A program made the translations under genes and the position numbers. From Fonticula alba ATCC 38817 (taxonomy: Eukaryota > Protista > Nucleariida), in the NCBI GenBank assembly GCA_000388065.2, contig KB932202.1: a stretch of 12,514 bases of DNA; one strand, given 5' to 3'. Of this stretch, positions 9,843 through 12,514 are shown piece by piece. The notes below the pieces were generated by a model. The model ran no database searches. It was not told the origin of the DNA and was given only the letters and a program-made list of their open reading frames with translations. Position 1 is the stretch's first letter. Each line of letters opens with the position of its first letter.

Positions 9843-11475
9843 TATGCACATATGTAGCCCTCCACGAGCTGGAGCAGGAGAAGACCCCCACGGCCACCTT
9901 CAACCGTATGGCATTCATGCCGCTGAAGCTGATCCTCCCGTCGAACCCGATCTTCGCTTCGCGCGGCGCGCACATCCGCCGGTGCGTCAGTCTGCATCTC
10001 GCGGGTCCTTGTTGTTTGTTTGTTTTTTTTTTTTGCCCGCTTCCTCGCCACTTCCATGGGTGTCCCCTAATCCGTCCCATCTCGGCTCCTGCCCCTTTGG
10101 CGGCTCTGCCGCGCGATCATCGATGTCCATGCCGGCGGTCGGGCCCCTTCGGTCGTGCTTCTCACCCTCCAATAGGATGATCCACGACTTTGATGTGTAC
10201 ATCGCCCTGGCGCCGGAGTACCGCGATGCCTACTCCTCGGAGGTGGTGGTGGCCGTGACCGGTAGCGTGGAGAAGCAGCTCGCCGTTGCGGCCAGCCTCT
10301 TCGAGATGACCGGCTTCGTCAAGTCCGTCCCCCGGTCGCTGCTCTCCTTCCCGGTGAACCGGCTCATTAGTGCCGCGCCTCCCCGTGGGGCGGACCGTGT
10401 GACTGTACGTCGAGCAGCTGGCCTCCTGCCCTTGCCCCCGGCTCTCCCTCCAGCCATGGGGGGCCTGTGCTCTTCTCTCCTCCTCTTTCTTCCCCCTGGC
10501 CCTCTCTCTCTCTCTCTTCCCTTCTTGCCCCGTCCTGGCAGGTGCCCTCCTCTGACCGACCGGGTCCTTGGTCACCCTTCCAGGCTCGCTCCACCCGCCG
10601 CCGCAGCACCTCCCCTTTTATGCCTGGCACCAGCCAGGCCACCTCGGCGCCGGGTACCTCCGGCGCCCCTGCCACCGGGTCGCCGACGGCCGTTGCCGCC
10701 GGCTCGGGGCTGCCCTCCGACTCGATCACCCTGCTGGTCCGTCGGGAGTGTGTCGGGTCCATCATCGGCCACAATGGCGACGTCGTGCGCAGCATTGGCC
10801 GGCAGACGTCCACCCGGATTAAGATCAACAGCTCGCAGTTCCCCGACCGTCCGTGTCTCCCTTCCCCCTCTCTTCCCGGCACCCTTGTCCTCGGCCCGAT
10901 CCCGGCTCCGGTGGCTTTGTGCCAACCTCGGCCCGACCCAACAAGCTAACATCGCCCTCCCCCTCGCGCGCCTACTCCCATCATGCGCACACACGCACAC
11001 ACACACACACACACACACAGTCAACCGTGTCATTGTTACTGGCAACCAGTCGGATATCCCGAACGCCCTGCAGCTGATCGCCCGGTGCATGGAGGACTCC
11101 TTCAAGGTGGACGTCATCAGCGCCCAGGTGGAGGTTCCATACGCATGCCTCGGCCGGGTCATCGGCAAGGCCCACGCCAACCTCAACGAAATCACCAACA
11201 CCTCCAAAGCCAAGATCGACGGCCCGTTCCCCCTGACCCCGGACGCCTCGCCCCCCGGCCCGGACACCAACTTCATTTTCTTCGTCTCTGGTAACATCAA
11301 GTCCATCATCATCAGCTTCCAGATGATCCGCTTGGCTACCAACAACTACTACCGCCAGTTGTCCTTGCAGCAGCAGCGTGCGGCGGCCGCCGCCGCCGCC
11401 GCTGGCAGCGCTGCCGCCGCCGCCGCCGCCTCCTCCTCATCCTCTGCCACTCTCCCTGCTGCCCCGATGCATTGA
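9077..11475 (+). CDS. Type-I KH-domain RNA-binding protein with four KH domains (about 518-532 aa); N-terminus may extend upstream across the gap
   Basis: Exons are 9077-9560, 9858-9981, 10176-10404, 10542 (or 10584)-10848 and 11021-11475, and all phases are compatible. KH1 IHFLLPIPYVGALIGRNGLTVQKI; KH2 LKLILPSNPIFASRGAHIRRM; KH3 ITLLVRRECVGSIIGHNGDVVRSI; KH4 AQVEVPYACLGRVIGKAHANLNEI. C-terminal poly-Q/A/S tail; TGA at 11473-11475. An upstream acceptor lies at 9050-9051 with CTGAC at about 9009-9013. Confidence 0.88.
9782..9840. repeat. (AC)n microsatellite in KH gene intron (9561-9857)
   Basis: About 29 units with one interruption. Confidence 0.97.
10988..11019. repeat. (CA)n microsatellite abutting the 3' splice AG of KH gene intron 10849-11020
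   Basis: About 16 units with one interruption, ending ...ACACAG|TCAAC. Confidence 0.95.
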
Positions 11476-11672
11476 GGGCGATCCGCGTGTCCCGTGGTGT
11501 TGGTGGTCAGTGGCGTCCGGTCGTCCAGGCCGAGGCGGAGAGAAGGCCCCGGCTGGCGCATGCCACCGAGGGAGATGCACCTCGTGCGATGTTGCTATAT
11601 GGTACACACGGGCGGCCGGCGTGTGGTGGTGTTGCTGCTGTGCCCGGCCAGGAGCCGGGCGCGTGAGCATGA

Positions 11673-11694
11673 GCGCGCGCGCGCGCGCGCGCGC
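11673..11694. repeat. (GC)11 alternating repeat
   Basis: Read directly; the purine-pyrimidine alternation continues to about 11701. Confidence 0.9.
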
Positions 11695-11998
11695 ACGTGC
11701 AAGGGGACAGTCTGCGCAGGGCGCCGTGCGCCCTGCGCGTCCCCCTTCCCCGCCGCCCCCCCCCCCCCCCCCAGCCTGCCTCCCAGTCTGCCATGAGCAC
11801 ACGCACACACACACACACACATATACATGTTCTTTTCCCTCTCTCCCTGCCCTGCCAGCAACCAAATACACGCCCACCCCAAGCATAACGTCCCGCCCTG
11901 CTGCCCCTCCCCCCGAGCCCCAGTGCACAGACGGGCACCCTCCTGCGCCCTGCTCTTCCTCATACCGAACGGAGGGGGCCCGAAAGAGAGAGCCACAC

Positions 11999-12026
11999 AG
12001 AGAGAGCGAGAGAGAGAGAGAGAGAG
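11999..12026. repeat. (AG)n microsatellite upstream of the dehydratase gene
   Basis: Read directly; one interruption. Confidence 0.9.
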
Positions 12027-12261
12027 GGGAGTGCGGCCGGGGTCCGATCGAGGAGTGTCCGTTGGCAGCTGGCTCGACGCATCGCTCGCCGCCCCGCAGG
12101 GCGCACCCCCGCCGCACACGACCCCTCTCCCGCCCGTGGAAAACAAAGCCCCCACCGGCTTGGGGAAGGCATCGATCGGCATAGCCACCCCCTGCCCCCT
12201 GCCTCTCCCCCCCCCCCCTCCCGCCCCTCCCCCGGTCTGGGCTCAATCTCCTTTCATCACC

Positions 12262-12426
12262 ATGTCTTCCACTGATGCTGACCAGCTGCTGGACGACTTT
12301 CTCCAATCGGTCGAGGGCGTCCACGAGGCCATCTCGCCGCTGCTCGGCGTGTCGCCACTCATCCGGTCCGAGGCCCTCAGCACGCAGACTGGCCTGGAGG
12401 TTTTCCTCAAGTGCGAGAACCAGATG
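12262..12426 (+). CDS. First exon of a PLP-dependent fold-type II enzyme (threonine/serine dehydratase or serine racemase family); 3'-partial
   Basis: ATG at 12262; 55 codons ending SPLIRSEALSTQTGLEVFLKCENQM, matching the family pattern TPL..S..LS...G..V.LKCEN. Phase-0 donor GTGCGC at 12427. The PLP-lysine motif (TGSFK) is expected downstream, outside the window. Confidence 0.8.
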
Positions 12427-12514
12427 GTGCGCGTCCCGTCCTCGGGCTCTCGCCTCTCGCCTTGGTCTTTTTGATGGGAATAGCCGTGTCCCTGTGCCAC
12501 CATGCCGCCCCCCC

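Overview
This is a GC-rich, gene-dense eukaryotic window with short spliceosomal introns, many microsatellites and a 346-nt N gap (8650-8995). Most long ORFs in the six-frame track are artefacts of high GC. Splicing by hand gives five genes whose intron phases are mutually consistent. (1) 16-1499 (+), 5'-partial: a secreted protein with acidic, Lys-Ser/Thr and His-rich blocks, an 8-Cys module and a root-cap/VWD-like domain starting QDPHF. (2) 2780-4927 (-): a 517-aa Pro-rich protein with a C-terminal coiled coil and a 36-nt micro-exon. (3) 5614-6796 (-): a divergent pICln/CLNS1A Sm-assembly chaperone. (4) About 9077-11475 (+): a four-KH-domain RNA-binding protein with alternating intact and degenerate GxxG loops. 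(5) 12262 onward (+): the first exon of a PLP fold-type II threonine/serine dehydratase-like enzyme. I found no tRNA, rRNA, CRISPR array or mobile element, and no clear novel multi-gene system. The most notable signals are the splice-site grammar (none of 11 donors has A at +4; microsatellites lie between distal branch points and the 3' AG), the architecture of gene 1, and the KH loop pattern. The organism cannot be determined. A protist or alga is inferred, and a Fonticula-like holomycotan is only a guess.
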